Shown piece after piece: positions 17,591 through 25,532 of a DNA stretch of 32,000 nt. How positions within the stretch are numbered: the stretch's first letter is position 1; the number at the start of each line of letters is the position of its first letter. A program made the translations under genes and the position numbers. The notes beneath the pieces are model-generated. The model saw only the letters and a list, made by a program, of their open reading frames with translations. It made no database searches and was not told the DNA's origin. Source of the DNA: Pannonibacter sp. SL95. GTDB lineage: Bacteria > Pseudomonadota > Alphaproteobacteria > Rhizobiales > Stappiaceae. The stretch is from positions 1,853,541-1,885,540 of the forward strand of contig NZ_JAPPRC010000003.1 in the NCBI RefSeq assembly GCF_026672425.1, read 5' to 3'.

Positions 17591-18400
17591 ATGATCGAGA
17601 CTGCCGACCAATTCGAGGGACTGGCCGAATTCTATGAGGCCAACCGTCCCGGCTATCCTTGCGATGTGTTTGCGCATCTGGGCCAGACCTGTCCGACGCG
17701 GCAGGGTCTTCGGGTGGCCGTCGACGTGGGGGCAGGACCGGGCAACTCGACAGAGAACCTGCTGACCGGTCTCGGCGAGGGCTGGAGCGTGATCGCCAGC
17801 GAACCGGGCGAGGACATGCGCCGGGTGCTGATGCGCCGGTTCCGCACAACGCCGCAGGTGCAGATCATCGCAGCGCCGGCCGAGCAGCTGGCGCTGCCAT
17901 CGGGCTTTGCCTCGCTGGTGGTCGCCTGTTCGGCAGTGCACTGGTTCGACCGGCCGAAATTCTATGCCGAGGCGGCGCGGATCCTGGCGCCGGGCGGCGT
18001 GCTGGCACTGGTGCGCAACCGGCGGCGGCCGGCGCAGATCTTCGACGACTTCGAGGCCTATGTCAGCGAGCATTATCCGAGCCGGGTGGAGCTGGAAGCC
18101 CGCGAGCTGCGCAAGGAGCCGAGCCACACGGAACTCTCCGGCCTCGACGGCTTCCTGACGGCGCACAGCCGGCGCTGGCCCTGGTCGCGTGCCTTCACCG
18201 CGCGCGAGCTGATCGACTTCTACCTGACGCGGGCGACCGTCTGGGCTGTGGTGCGGCGTCTCGGGCTGTCGCGGGTGATGGCGGATTATCTGGAAATCTG
18301 CGCCCGGCACGGGCTCTCCGGCGAGACGCGGATGGAGGTGCAGTTCGACACACTGGTGCGCTGGACCCAGCGCCGGGCTCGGTCGGCCAAGGGCGGCTGA
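17591..18400 (+). CDS. class I SAM-dependent methyltransferase
   Basis: Motif I VDVGAGPGNST, then IASEPGEDM and LAPGGVLAL. ATG 17591 is preceded by AGGAAAAGG. 269 aa. The longer ORF from 17456 has no support. Confidence 0.75.
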   Translation: MIETADQFEGLAEFYEANRPGYPCDVFAHLGQTCPTRQGLRVAVDVGAGPGNSTENLLTGLGEGWSVIASEPGEDMRRVLMRRFRTTPQVQIIAAPAEQLALPSGFASLVVACSAVHWFDRPKFYAEAARILAPGGVLALVRNRRRPAQIFDDFEAYVSEHYPSRVELEARELRKEPSHTELSGLDGFLTAHSRRWPWSRAFTARELIDFYLTRATVWAVVRRLGLSRVMADYLEICARHGLSGETRMEVQFDTLVRWTQRRARSAKGG

Positions 18401-18465
18401 GCGGGAGGCTGGTCGGGTGCGGGGAGGGGCTACTCGCTGCCCTTACCGGGGGCTGTCGCATGTGC

Positions 18466-18682
18466 GGCCAGACGGTTTTCGAGGCCTCTCAGCTCCCCTC
18501 CCCCTCGTGGGGAGGGGTAAGGGGTGGGGGGGCACGGGCAGACGTTGGGTCGCAAAGCGTCCGAAGTAAGCCCAATCAGCAACGTATTTACCCTGGATTT
18601 AAGTCCGCTCCCCCACCCCCAAACCCCTCCCCACGAGGGGGAGGGGAGCCGAGAGGCTCCGGCAGGGTGAAACCGTCTGGCC
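18466..18682. repeat. repeat family C: ~217-bp nested palindromic element
   Basis: Left arm ggccagacggttttcgaggcctctcagctcccctccccctcgtggggaggggtaaggggtggggg pairs (with small indels) with right arm cccccacccccaaacccctccccacgagggggaggggagccgagaggctccggcagggtgaaaccgtctggcc. Each arm contains its own CCCCTCCCC/GGGGAGGGG hairpin. The centre is ~80 nt. Confidence 0.65.
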
Positions 18683-18752
18683 TAACCAGCGATTGCCCAG
18701 CCCAGAAGGGGGCTGGGTGAGCATTTGCGTTGGCAGATCAAGCCGCGGCTGG

Positions 18753-19925
18753 TCAGGCGGCGCGCAGGGTGCTGCCGAGGGAGCCGTCGGAGTAGATGAA
18801 CCGGCCCTGACGCAGGGTGGCACAGACATGGCCGATACCCGTTTCATCCGCAATGACAAGATCGGCAAGGCGGCCGGTCTCGAGGCTGCCGCGGTCGGTC
18901 AGACCCAGGGAATCTGCCGGGTTGCGGGTGGCGAGGCGCACCGCGCCGGGCAGGCCGGCGGGATCGGTCTTCGCCAGTTCCAGAAGCGCCGGCAGCATGG
19001 CGGAGGGATGGTAGTCCGAGGCCAGCATGTCGAGTACACCGGCCGCATGGGCCTCCCGGGCCGACAGGTTGCCGGAGTAGGACTGGCCGCGCAGGGCGTT
19101 GGGGGCGCCCATGGCGGTGGCGAGCCCGAGGCGGCGGGCCTCCTGGGCGGCCTCGATCGTCACCGGGAACTCGCTGATGACGACGCCGAGGCCCTGCATC
19201 AGTGCGACCTTGGCCAGCGTGTCGTCGTCATGGCTGGCCAGCGCCACGCCATGGCTGCGGCACAGGTCGGAAATGGCCGAGAGGGTGGCGGCCAGCACGT
19301 CGGCCGGCTGGGTGCGTTCCTCGATGCGGCGGGCGACCGCCTCGGCGGCCTCCTCGCGGCTCATGCCCTTCTCGCGGGCCATCTTCTGCACGTGGCGCTC
19401 GATGTCGCGGTACTGGCCCTGACCGGGGGTGTGGTCGGTCAGGGAGATGAGGTCGACTGTGCCTTCCGAAATCAGCTCGCCGATGACGTCCAGCGCCTTG
19501 GGGAAGGTGATCTCGAAGCGGGCGTGGACGCGGTGGTCGACGTTGAGGCTGCCGCGCATGGCCTTGAGCTTGCGGATGATCGCGCTGGTATGCTCGTAGC
19601 TGCGCAGGTGGCCATAGGTCGACATGGGGCTAAAGGACACGGCGGCATAGGCCGTCGTGAAGCCGGCGCCGGCCAGGCGCCGGTCGAGGTCGCGCAGGCC
19701 CAGTTCCAGCGGCATCGGTACGTTGGGCCGCGGCTCGACCTCGCGCTCGACCATGTCGCCGTGCATGTCGACGAAGCCCGGCAGGAGCAGGAGGCCGTTG
19801 CCCTGAAGGCTGGCACCGGCGACGGGGCCCTCGCGCAGCTCGGCGATGTGCCCGTCCTCGATGCGCAGCGAACCGTGCTCGATCACCTCGGTCGGGGTGA
19901 CGATGCGAAAATCAGACAGCCACAT
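18753..19925 (-). CDS. phnM: PhnM (alpha-D-ribose 1-methylphosphonate 5-triphosphate diphosphatase, amidohydrolase fold)
   Basis: LLLPGFVDMHGD, SLTDHTPGQGQY, ALASHDD, EFPVT, MGAPNALRG and ASDYHPSAM are PhnM-type motifs. Start ATG 19925 (MWLSDFRIV...) overlaps the end of phnL. Confidence 0.85.
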   Translation of the reverse strand: MWLSDFRIVTPTEVIEHGSLRIEDGHIAELREGPVAGASLQGNGLLLLPGFVDMHGDMVEREVEPRPNVPMPLELGLRDLDRRLAGAGFTTAYAAVSFSPMSTYGHLRSYEHTSAIIRKLKAMRGSLNVDHRVHARFEITFPKALDVIGELISEGTVDLISLTDHTPGQGQYRDIERHVQKMAREKGMSREEAAEAVARRIEERTQPADVLAATLSAISDLCRSHGVALASHDDDTLAKVALMQGLGVVISEFPVTIEAAQEARRLGLATAMGAPNALRGQSYSGNLSAREAHAAGVLDMLASDYHPSAMLPALLELAKTDPAGLPGAVRLATRNPADSLGLTDRGSLETGRLADLVIADETGIGHVCATLRQGRFIYSDGSLGSTLRAA

Positions 19926-20673
19926 GCTCAAGGTCTCCAGGTGCGGCTTTGGGGGCGGCTTGGGTTTCAGCGCCAGCTTCATCCGGCAGGCGCTGGGTGG
20001 TCAGGAGGATTTCCCGGTCGATGAGGTCGGCCACGTCGCCGGGATGGTGGAAGACGCCGATCATGGCGACCCCGGCGGACTTGAGATCGGCGAGGCGGCG
20101 GACGAGCGCCGCACGGGCACCGGCGTCGAGCGAGGCGGTCGGCTCGTCGAGCAGCAGGAGCTTCTGCGGCAGGATCAGCGCGCGGGCGAGGTTCACCTTC
20201 TGCTGCTCGCCGCCGGAGAAGGTGGTGGGATAGGCGCGCCAGAGGTCGCGCTTGACGCCGAACTCGCCGAGCCAGCGGCGGGCTTCGTCAAGGGCTTCGG
20301 CCTGAGCCACGCCGGCCCGGCGCAGCGGTTCGGCCACGATCTCGTCGGCCGCAACACGCGGACGGGCAACGAGGAACTGGGTGACGAAGCCGATTTCGCG
20401 GCGGCGCAGCAAGGTGATGTCCACGTCGGCAGCGGTGGCCAGGTCAATGCGGCCCTCTGCGGCCTGGTACCAGACGTGACCGTCCTGGGGCAGGTAACTG
20501 CGGTAGAGGGTGCGCAGGAGGGTGGACTTGCCGACGCCGTTCTCGCCGCGCAGCAGCAGGAATTCGCCGGCGTGAAGACGGAAGGAAATGCCGCTGAAGG
20601 CGTGCAGGTCCTGGTCGAGGTGATACATGTGGAAGCGCTTCGACAGGCCTTCCACGTCGAGAACCGGGGTCAT
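19912..20673 (-). CDS. phnL: PhnL (C-P lyase system ATP-binding subunit)
   Basis: Walker A GENGVGKSTLLR, FSGGEQQKVNLARAL and LLLDEPTASLD. ATG 20673 with an AAGGA RBS is preferred. A TTG at 20697 (TTGA overlap with phnK) is the alternative. Confidence 0.85.
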   Translation of the reverse strand: MTPVLDVEGLSKRFHMYHLDQDLHAFSGISFRLHAGEFLLLRGENGVGKSTLLRTLYRSYLPQDGHVWYQAAEGRIDLATAADVDITLLRRREIGFVTQFLVARPRVAADEIVAEPLRRAGVAQAEALDEARRWLGEFGVKRDLWRAYPTTFSGGEQQKVNLARALILPQKLLLLDEPTASLDAGARAALVRRLADLKSAGVAMIGVFHHPGDVADLIDREILLTTQRLPDEAGAETQAAPKAAPGDLEHVAV

Positions 20674-20693
20674 GCGAGCGTGATCCTTAGCTG

Positions 20694-21521
20694 TCAAAGT
20701 TTCGCGTGGACAAGCTGCTGGGTGTATTCGTGCTGCGGGTCCTGGAAGACCTGGTCGACCAGTCCCTGCTCGACCACCCGGCCGCGGCGCATGACCATGA
20801 CCCGGTCGGCCATGGTGTGAATGACGCCGAGATCGTGCGAGACGATGACCATGGTGATGGAGCGGTCGCGCTGCAGCCGCTTCAGCGTGTCGAGGACGAG
20901 GGCCTGGACGGAGACGTCAAGCCCGGTGGTCGGCTCGTCGAGCAGCAGGAGCGCCGGCTCCAGCGCGATGGCCTTGGCGAGCTGGACGCGCTGCTGCATG
21001 CCGCCCGACAGTTCGATCGGCCGTGCATCCATGCGCTCCAGCGGGAACTCGGACGCGTCCAGCGCCTCGCGGGCCTTGTCGCGCAGCACCTTGAAGCTGC
21101 GCTCGCCGGCGATGAGCAGGCGTTCGGCCACGTTGCCGGAGGAGGAATGGCGCATCAGCAGGCCGAGATGCGGGTTCTGGTAGACGATGCCGATGTTGCG
21201 GGCGCAGAGCATGCGCCGCTCGAAACGGTCGAGGCCGAACAGGTTGCCGCCAAGGCCCGGCAGGTCCAGCTCGTAGGTGCCGGTGTCGGGCGTGTCCTCG
21301 AGGTTCATCATGCGCAAGAGCGTCGACTTGCCGGAGCCGCTCTCGCCGACGATGCCGAGCACCTCGCCCGGATAGACAGTGGCATCCACGTCCTCGAGCG
21401 CGGTGACCTTGCCGAAGCGGCGGGTGATGCCGCGCATGGTGAGAAGCGGCGGTGTCGTCATCAGCTGCGGCAGCTGGCGCGGAGCGGCCTCGCCGCGCGG
21501 CGCGGGGCTTTGGGCGGTCAT
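20694..21521 (-). CDS. phnK: PhnK (C-P lyase system ATP-binding subunit)
   Basis: [41 protein letters not shown] and C-terminal DPQHEYTQQLV, as in PhnK. Confidence 0.9.
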   Translation of the reverse strand: MTAQSPAPRGEAAPRQLPQLMTTPPLLTMRGITRRFGKVTALEDVDATVYPGEVLGIVGESGSGKSTLLRMMNLEDTPDTGTYELDLPGLGGNLFGLDRFERRMLCARNIGIVYQNPHLGLLMRHSSSGNVAERLLIAGERSFKVLRDKAREALDASEFPLERMDARPIELSGGMQQRVQLAKAIALEPALLLLDEPTTGLDVSVQALVLDTLKRLQRDRSITMVIVSHDLGVIHTMADRVMVMRRGRVVEQGLVDQVFQDPQHEYTQQLVHAKL

Positions 21522-22435
21522 GGCTGGAGCTCTCCGTTCTTGTACCAGGTGTCGATGGCGGCCAGGGCCTCGCCCTCGCTGCGGCGGATGGCCTTGATGC
21601 CGAAGTGGCTGTCGGAGACCTCGAAGCTGGACGAGCCGTCGTCCTGCGGGATCTCGTTCATGAAATAGCCGGTGAGGCCGGAGCGGTGGCAGGTGAGGTC
21701 GTGGTGCTCCTCGACCTTGTAGGGCACGTCGGAGAAGACCAGCGGCTCGACCCGGGTGTAGGGCGGCACGGCATAGAGGCGCTTCTCGCGGCCGGCCGAG
21801 AGGAACGTGAGGTGCCTTGCCATGTGCAGCTTCGGCACGTCCCAGCGCGGGATCGGCGAGGGCGTCATCACATGGCGGCCGTTGACGAGGCTCGGGTAGG
21901 CCGCGCCCTGCATGATGCGGCCGGAGCGGACCATCTGCTCGTAGAGCGTCAGCCAGAGCCGGCCGTAGTCGGCATCGGCGTGCATCTGGCGGGCGACCGA
22001 CATGTTGGGCTCGACAGGACGCAAGGGTTCCGGGTTGGGCACCTGCAGCACGAGGATCTGATCCTCGCGCAGCACTTCCTCCGGCACCCGGTGGCGCGAC
22101 TGCAGGATGGTCGCCTCGCCCGTGTCCCAGGTCTCGCCGGCGCCGGAGACGCGGGAGAGGAACTTGCGGATCGAGGCGGCGTTGACGCTGTCGTCGGCGC
22201 CCTGGTCGATGACCTTGACCACGGAGGTGGGCTTCAGCAGCGTCAGGGTCACCTGCAGGCCGCCGGTGCCCCAGCCGCGGGCAATCGGTACCTCGCGGCT
22301 GGCGTAGGGCATCTGGCAGCCGGGCACGGCGACCGCCTTCAGCATCTTGCGGCGCAGCTCGCGCTTGGCCGAGGCATCGAGGAACCCGTAGGAGAAGGCC
22401 TCCCAGGGCTTTGTCAGGCTGGCAAGGCTGGTCAT
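21518..22435 (-). CDS. phnJ: PhnJ homologue (C-P lyase catalytic subunit family), atypical: lacks the conserved C-terminal cysteine cluster
   Basis: PhnJ blocks RGWGTGGLQVT, KVIDQGADDSVNA and SAGREKRLYAVPPYTRVEP. 4-nt overlaps with phnI and phnK. Only two Cys in 305 aa (see findings). Confidence 0.85.
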   Translation of the reverse strand: MTSLASLTKPWEAFSYGFLDASAKRELRRKMLKAVAVPGCQMPYASREVPIARGWGTGGLQVTLTLLKPTSVVKVIDQGADDSVNAASIRKFLSRVSGAGETWDTGEATILQSRHRVPEEVLREDQILVLQVPNPEPLRPVEPNMSVARQMHADADYGRLWLTLYEQMVRSGRIMQGAAYPSLVNGRHVMTPSPIPRWDVPKLHMARHLTFLSAGREKRLYAVPPYTRVEPLVFSDVPYKVEEHHDLTCHRSGLTGYFMNEIPQDDGSSSFEVSDSHFGIKAIRRSEGEALAAIDTWYKNGELQP

Positions 22436-23538
22436 GCGGGAACCTCTTCGGTCACGGCCGGCTGGCGGGCAGGGGCGGGCGCGGTGGACGCCGCGTCCGG
22501 GGCTGCGGCCTTCGCCTTGGCGTCGCGCAGGGCATCCAGCGCCGACTGGAAGGTGACATAGTGGGGGAGCTTGAAGTGGATGCAGAAGCCCGAGGCCTCG
22601 ACCGGCTCGGTGTGGTAGAGGAAGAACTCCTCGTTGACCGGCGAGTTCTGCGGCGCATCTGGCGCGTTGAGATCGAGCGTAGCGCCGGCGATGACCTTGA
22701 TCTCGTTCCAGCCGAAGGTGGCGCAGAAGCCGAGATCGAGCTGGCCGGAGCGGCCCTTGGAGGTCACTTCCGCCTGCGAGACCTTGACCCGGCCGGCGCT
22801 GAACATGGTGCCGCGCGGATGGCGGACGACCACTTCGGCCTCAGCCAGGCGCAGCTCGTTGACAGTCGGATGGGCGTTGCCATAGCCGCGCATGGCGGAA
22901 TAGCCGAGCGCCAGCACGCCGCCGGTGTCGGCGCGGGCGAGGCTCTGCAGCGTGTGGGCGCGCTTGGCCGGGAACAGCAGCGGCTCACGCGTCAGGTCGG
23001 GAATGTCGTCGAGGGCGACATCCTCGCGCGCCGGATCGGCGACGAGGCCTTGCGCCTTCTGCCAGGCGGCCAGCGAGGGCTGCTCAGCCGGGGCGGGCGT
23101 GCTGGCCGGTTCGACCGGAGCGGGCACGAAGGGTCGGCCCTCGAGCACGCCGGTGGCGAGCAACCGGTGCGAATAGTCGAGCGTAGGCCCGAGGATCTGG
23201 CCACCGGGGATGTCCTTGAAGGCGGCGGAGATGCGGCGGTGGGTGAAGAGCTTGTCCTGCGTCACCGGCTCCGCGATGGTGAGGCGCGGCTGGGTGGTGC
23301 GCCAGGCGCGCAGCAGCAGCACCGCCTCGTAGAGGTCGCCGCCGGACTGGGCCAGCGCCAGTGCCGCGAGATCGGCCTCGTAGAGCGAGGCCTCGCCCAT
23401 CACCCGGTCGATCAGCCAGGGCAGGGCGCTGCGGATTTCCGCAACTCGCCCGGCGTCGATGGTGCCCATGTCGGCGCGGTAGAGGCGCTCGGACTGGTCA
23501 ATGGCTTTTTCCCCGCCACGGGTTGCGACATAGGCCAT
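22432..23538 (-). CDS. phnI: PhnI (C-P lyase core complex subunit)
   Basis: MAYVATRGGEKAID..., LLLRAWRTT, FKDIPGGQILGPTLDYSHRLL, RGYGNAHP and HFKLPHYVTFQS match PhnI. Confidence 0.9.
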   Translation of the reverse strand: MAYVATRGGEKAIDQSERLYRADMGTIDAGRVAEIRSALPWLIDRVMGEASLYEADLAALALAQSGGDLYEAVLLLRAWRTTQPRLTIAEPVTQDKLFTHRRISAAFKDIPGGQILGPTLDYSHRLLATGVLEGRPFVPAPVEPASTPAPAEQPSLAAWQKAQGLVADPAREDVALDDIPDLTREPLLFPAKRAHTLQSLARADTGGVLALGYSAMRGYGNAHPTVNELRLAEAEVVVRHPRGTMFSAGRVKVSQAEVTSKGRSGQLDLGFCATFGWNEIKVIAGATLDLNAPDAPQNSPVNEEFFLYHTEPVEASGFCIHFKLPHYVTFQSALDALRDAKAKAAAPDAASTAPAPARQPAVTEEVPA

Positions 23539-24122
23539 CAGAGCACCTCGATCCGGGTCGAGCGGGGCAGGCCGATGACATCGCTGCCATCGACGATGAA
23601 GAGGTCAAAGCCGAGCGGGTAGCGGCAGAGCCGGTCGCGCAGGGCGAAGAAACCCGCCGGCAGGCCGGCGACGGCGATCTCGCGGGTGGTCTCGATGCCC
23701 GGACCCGACAGGCTGAGGCGCTGGCCGTCGCCCTCGGCACGGCCAAGCCGGGCCTCGACGACGACGGTGGCCGCGTCATCGGGATAGAGCGCGGAGCCGA
23801 CCTTCAGGGCGGCGAGGCGCACGATGTCGGCACCCGTCTCCAGCGACAGGAAGACGTGGTCGGCGTCCGCCAGCGGCGTCAGGGTCGCGCCGGTCCAGGC
23901 GGCCAGCTCACCGATGACCGCGTCATCCGCATGGACGCGGCACTCGCGGTCGACGAGGGCGAGCAGAATGGTGCGCGGACCGGGTTCGGGCAGATGGCGG
24001 ATCTCGCCGGGACGGCTCAGCGCCCAGAGGATCGCCTCGAAGGCGGTGTTGTCGCGGATTTCGTCCGCGCCGCGCAAGGGCGCGGTGATCAGGGCGTGGG
24101 AACTGGGGGGCAGGGCACCCAT
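23538..24122 (-). CDS. phnH: PhnH (C-P lyase core complex subunit)
   Basis: 194 aa starting at ATG 24122 (GGAGA RBS). AFEAILWALSRPGEI..., LSLSGPGI..., YPLGFDLFIV and GLPRSTRIEV resemble PhnH. Confidence 0.8.
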   Translation of the reverse strand: MGALPPSSHALITAPLRGADEIRDNTAFEAILWALSRPGEIRHLPEPGPRTILLALVDRECRVHADDAVIGELAAWTGATLTPLADADHVFLSLETGADIVRLAALKVGSALYPDDAATVVVEARLGRAEGDGQRLSLSGPGIETTREIAVAGLPAGFFALRDRLCRYPLGFDLFIVDGSDVIGLPRSTRIEVL

Positions 24123-24150
24123 GAGCGGGTCTCCGTGACGAGGATGAAGA

Positions 24151-24603
24151 TCAGAAGGTTTCCATGTCGACGCGGGTGGCCTCGACGGCGCACAGGCGCG
24201 CCCGGTCGCGGTCGGCATTGGCCGCTTCCAGCCCGGTGACGAAGGCGTCGATGGCCTTGGGCGCGAGGCCAGCTGCCGCTGCGGCATCAATCAGCGCCAT
24301 GGCCATCGCCCATTCCAGATCGCGGCCCGTGACCATGCCGTAGCCGGTGGCGTCGTGGTCGGTGAGGCGGACCTCAGCTTCGGCGACGAGCACCTCGCCG
24401 AGGTGGAAATCGGTGCCTTTCACCGTGTCGCGGAACGGCAGCATGACCAGGCCGGTGCGGCTGCGCAGGACCTCGACGGCTCCGAGCTGCGTCAGCAGGC
24501 CTTCGGCGAAGCGCTTCACGCTTTCCGCATCGCCATGGGAGAGCGCGGTGAGAAAGGCGCTGTGGCCGCTGGTGGCCTCATGAGTGGTTGTGGTCTCAGT
24601 CAT
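24151..24603 (-). CDS. phnG: PhnG (C-P lyase core complex subunit)
   Basis: 150 aa, the same length as E. coli PhnG. ...TGLVMLPFRDTVKGTDFHLGEVLVAEAEVRL...GYGMVTGRD...A..ALIDAA... The start overlaps the phnF 3' end by 8 nt. Confidence 0.8.
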   Translation of the reverse strand: MTETTTTHEATSGHSAFLTALSHGDAESVKRFAEGLLTQLGAVEVLRSRTGLVMLPFRDTVKGTDFHLGEVLVAEAEVRLTDHDATGYGMVTGRDLEWAMAMALIDAAAAAGLAPKAIDAFVTGLEAANADRDRARLCAVEATRVDMETF

Positions 24604-25342
24604 CCTGGTCAGGACTCCGGGGTTCGGCTTCGTCGGGAAGATCAAAGGAGAATTGCACCCGGTCGGCGGACCAGATGGCCTGGGAATAGCCGATCGGCCG
24701 TCCGGCAAGATCAACGTCCGTCTTGGTCACGACCAGCACGGGCTGGTCGGGATGCTGCTTGAGCAGTCGCGCCTCTTCCGCTGTCGGACGGCGGGCGTAG
24801 ATGGTGGTGCTCTTGCGCAGGTAGTCGGTGATGCCGTGCGCGCGGTAGATGTCGGTCACGGAGCGGCCGGCGCGGCGCTGCTCTGCCATGTCGGGAAAGA
24901 GGTCGAAGGGATGCCAGGCGACGCCGAGGCTGATCGGCACGCCGTCGGCAAGACCGCGGCGCATCAGGCGATGCACGGGCGTGTTCTCGGTCAGCTCCAG
25001 TGCCTCGGCAACGCGGCGCGGGGCCGCGATCACGTCGTCGGTCACCTGTTCGCCGGCCGGCGTTACGCCCTGGCTCAGAAGGTTCTGACGAAAGCGGGTG
25101 CGGCGGCCGATCTGGTAGTTGATGAGAGGCGCGCTTTCGACGAAGGTGCCGCGGCCTTGTTCGACGCGCAGCTTGCCCTCGACTGCAAGAGCGGAAATGG
25201 CCCGGCGGACCGAATGGCGTCCGGCACCGAACTGGGCGCAGAGCTCCGGCTCGGTCGGCAGTTGCGCGCCAGGTGCCAGCACGCCGGAGAGGATGTCGGC
25301 TGCCAGCCGGTCCCGGATCGACTGCCACGTTTCACGCGCCAT
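24596..25342 (-). CDS. phnF: PhnF, GntR/HutC-family transcriptional regulator of the phosphonate operon
   Basis: wHTH LPTEPELCAQFGAGRHSVRRAISALAVEGKLRVEQGRGTFV plus a UTRA-like C-domain. ATG 25342 is preceded by GGAGG at a 7-nt spacing. Confidence 0.85.
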   Translation of the reverse strand: MARETWQSIRDRLAADILSGVLAPGAQLPTEPELCAQFGAGRHSVRRAISALAVEGKLRVEQGRGTFVESAPLINYQIGRRTRFRQNLLSQGVTPAGEQVTDDVIAAPRRVAEALELTENTPVHRLMRRGLADGVPISLGVAWHPFDLFPDMAEQRRAGRSVTDIYRAHGITDYLRKSTTIYARRPTAEEARLLKQHPDQPVLVVTKTDVDLAGRPIGYSQAIWSADRVQFSFDLPDEAEPRSPDQDD

Positions 25343-25393
25343 CAAGGCCTCCAATTCATTCGAATGACTTTGGAGGTGTGATAGCCGGTTTAG

Positions 25394-25411
25394 GTGACAG
25401 AGCCGTGACGC
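25394..25411 (-). promoter_or_regulatory. Pho-box-like direct repeat upstream of phnF (GCGTCAC-GGCT-CTGTCAC on the minus strand)
   Basis: 7-4-7 architecture with an 11-bp period, 52-69 nt upstream of the phnF ATG. The second repeat equals the E. coli Pho-box half-site CTGTCAC. Confidence 0.45.
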
Positions 25412-25532
25412 GTCGAGGGAATTGCCGGCCGAGGCGCATATCTGGCATCCAGCCGGTTTACGTTATCGACCTGTCACGCTGCCGCTTCTATGGTCCGTGA
25501 CACCTTGTGCTAGCATCAGGATTGCCTTTGCT

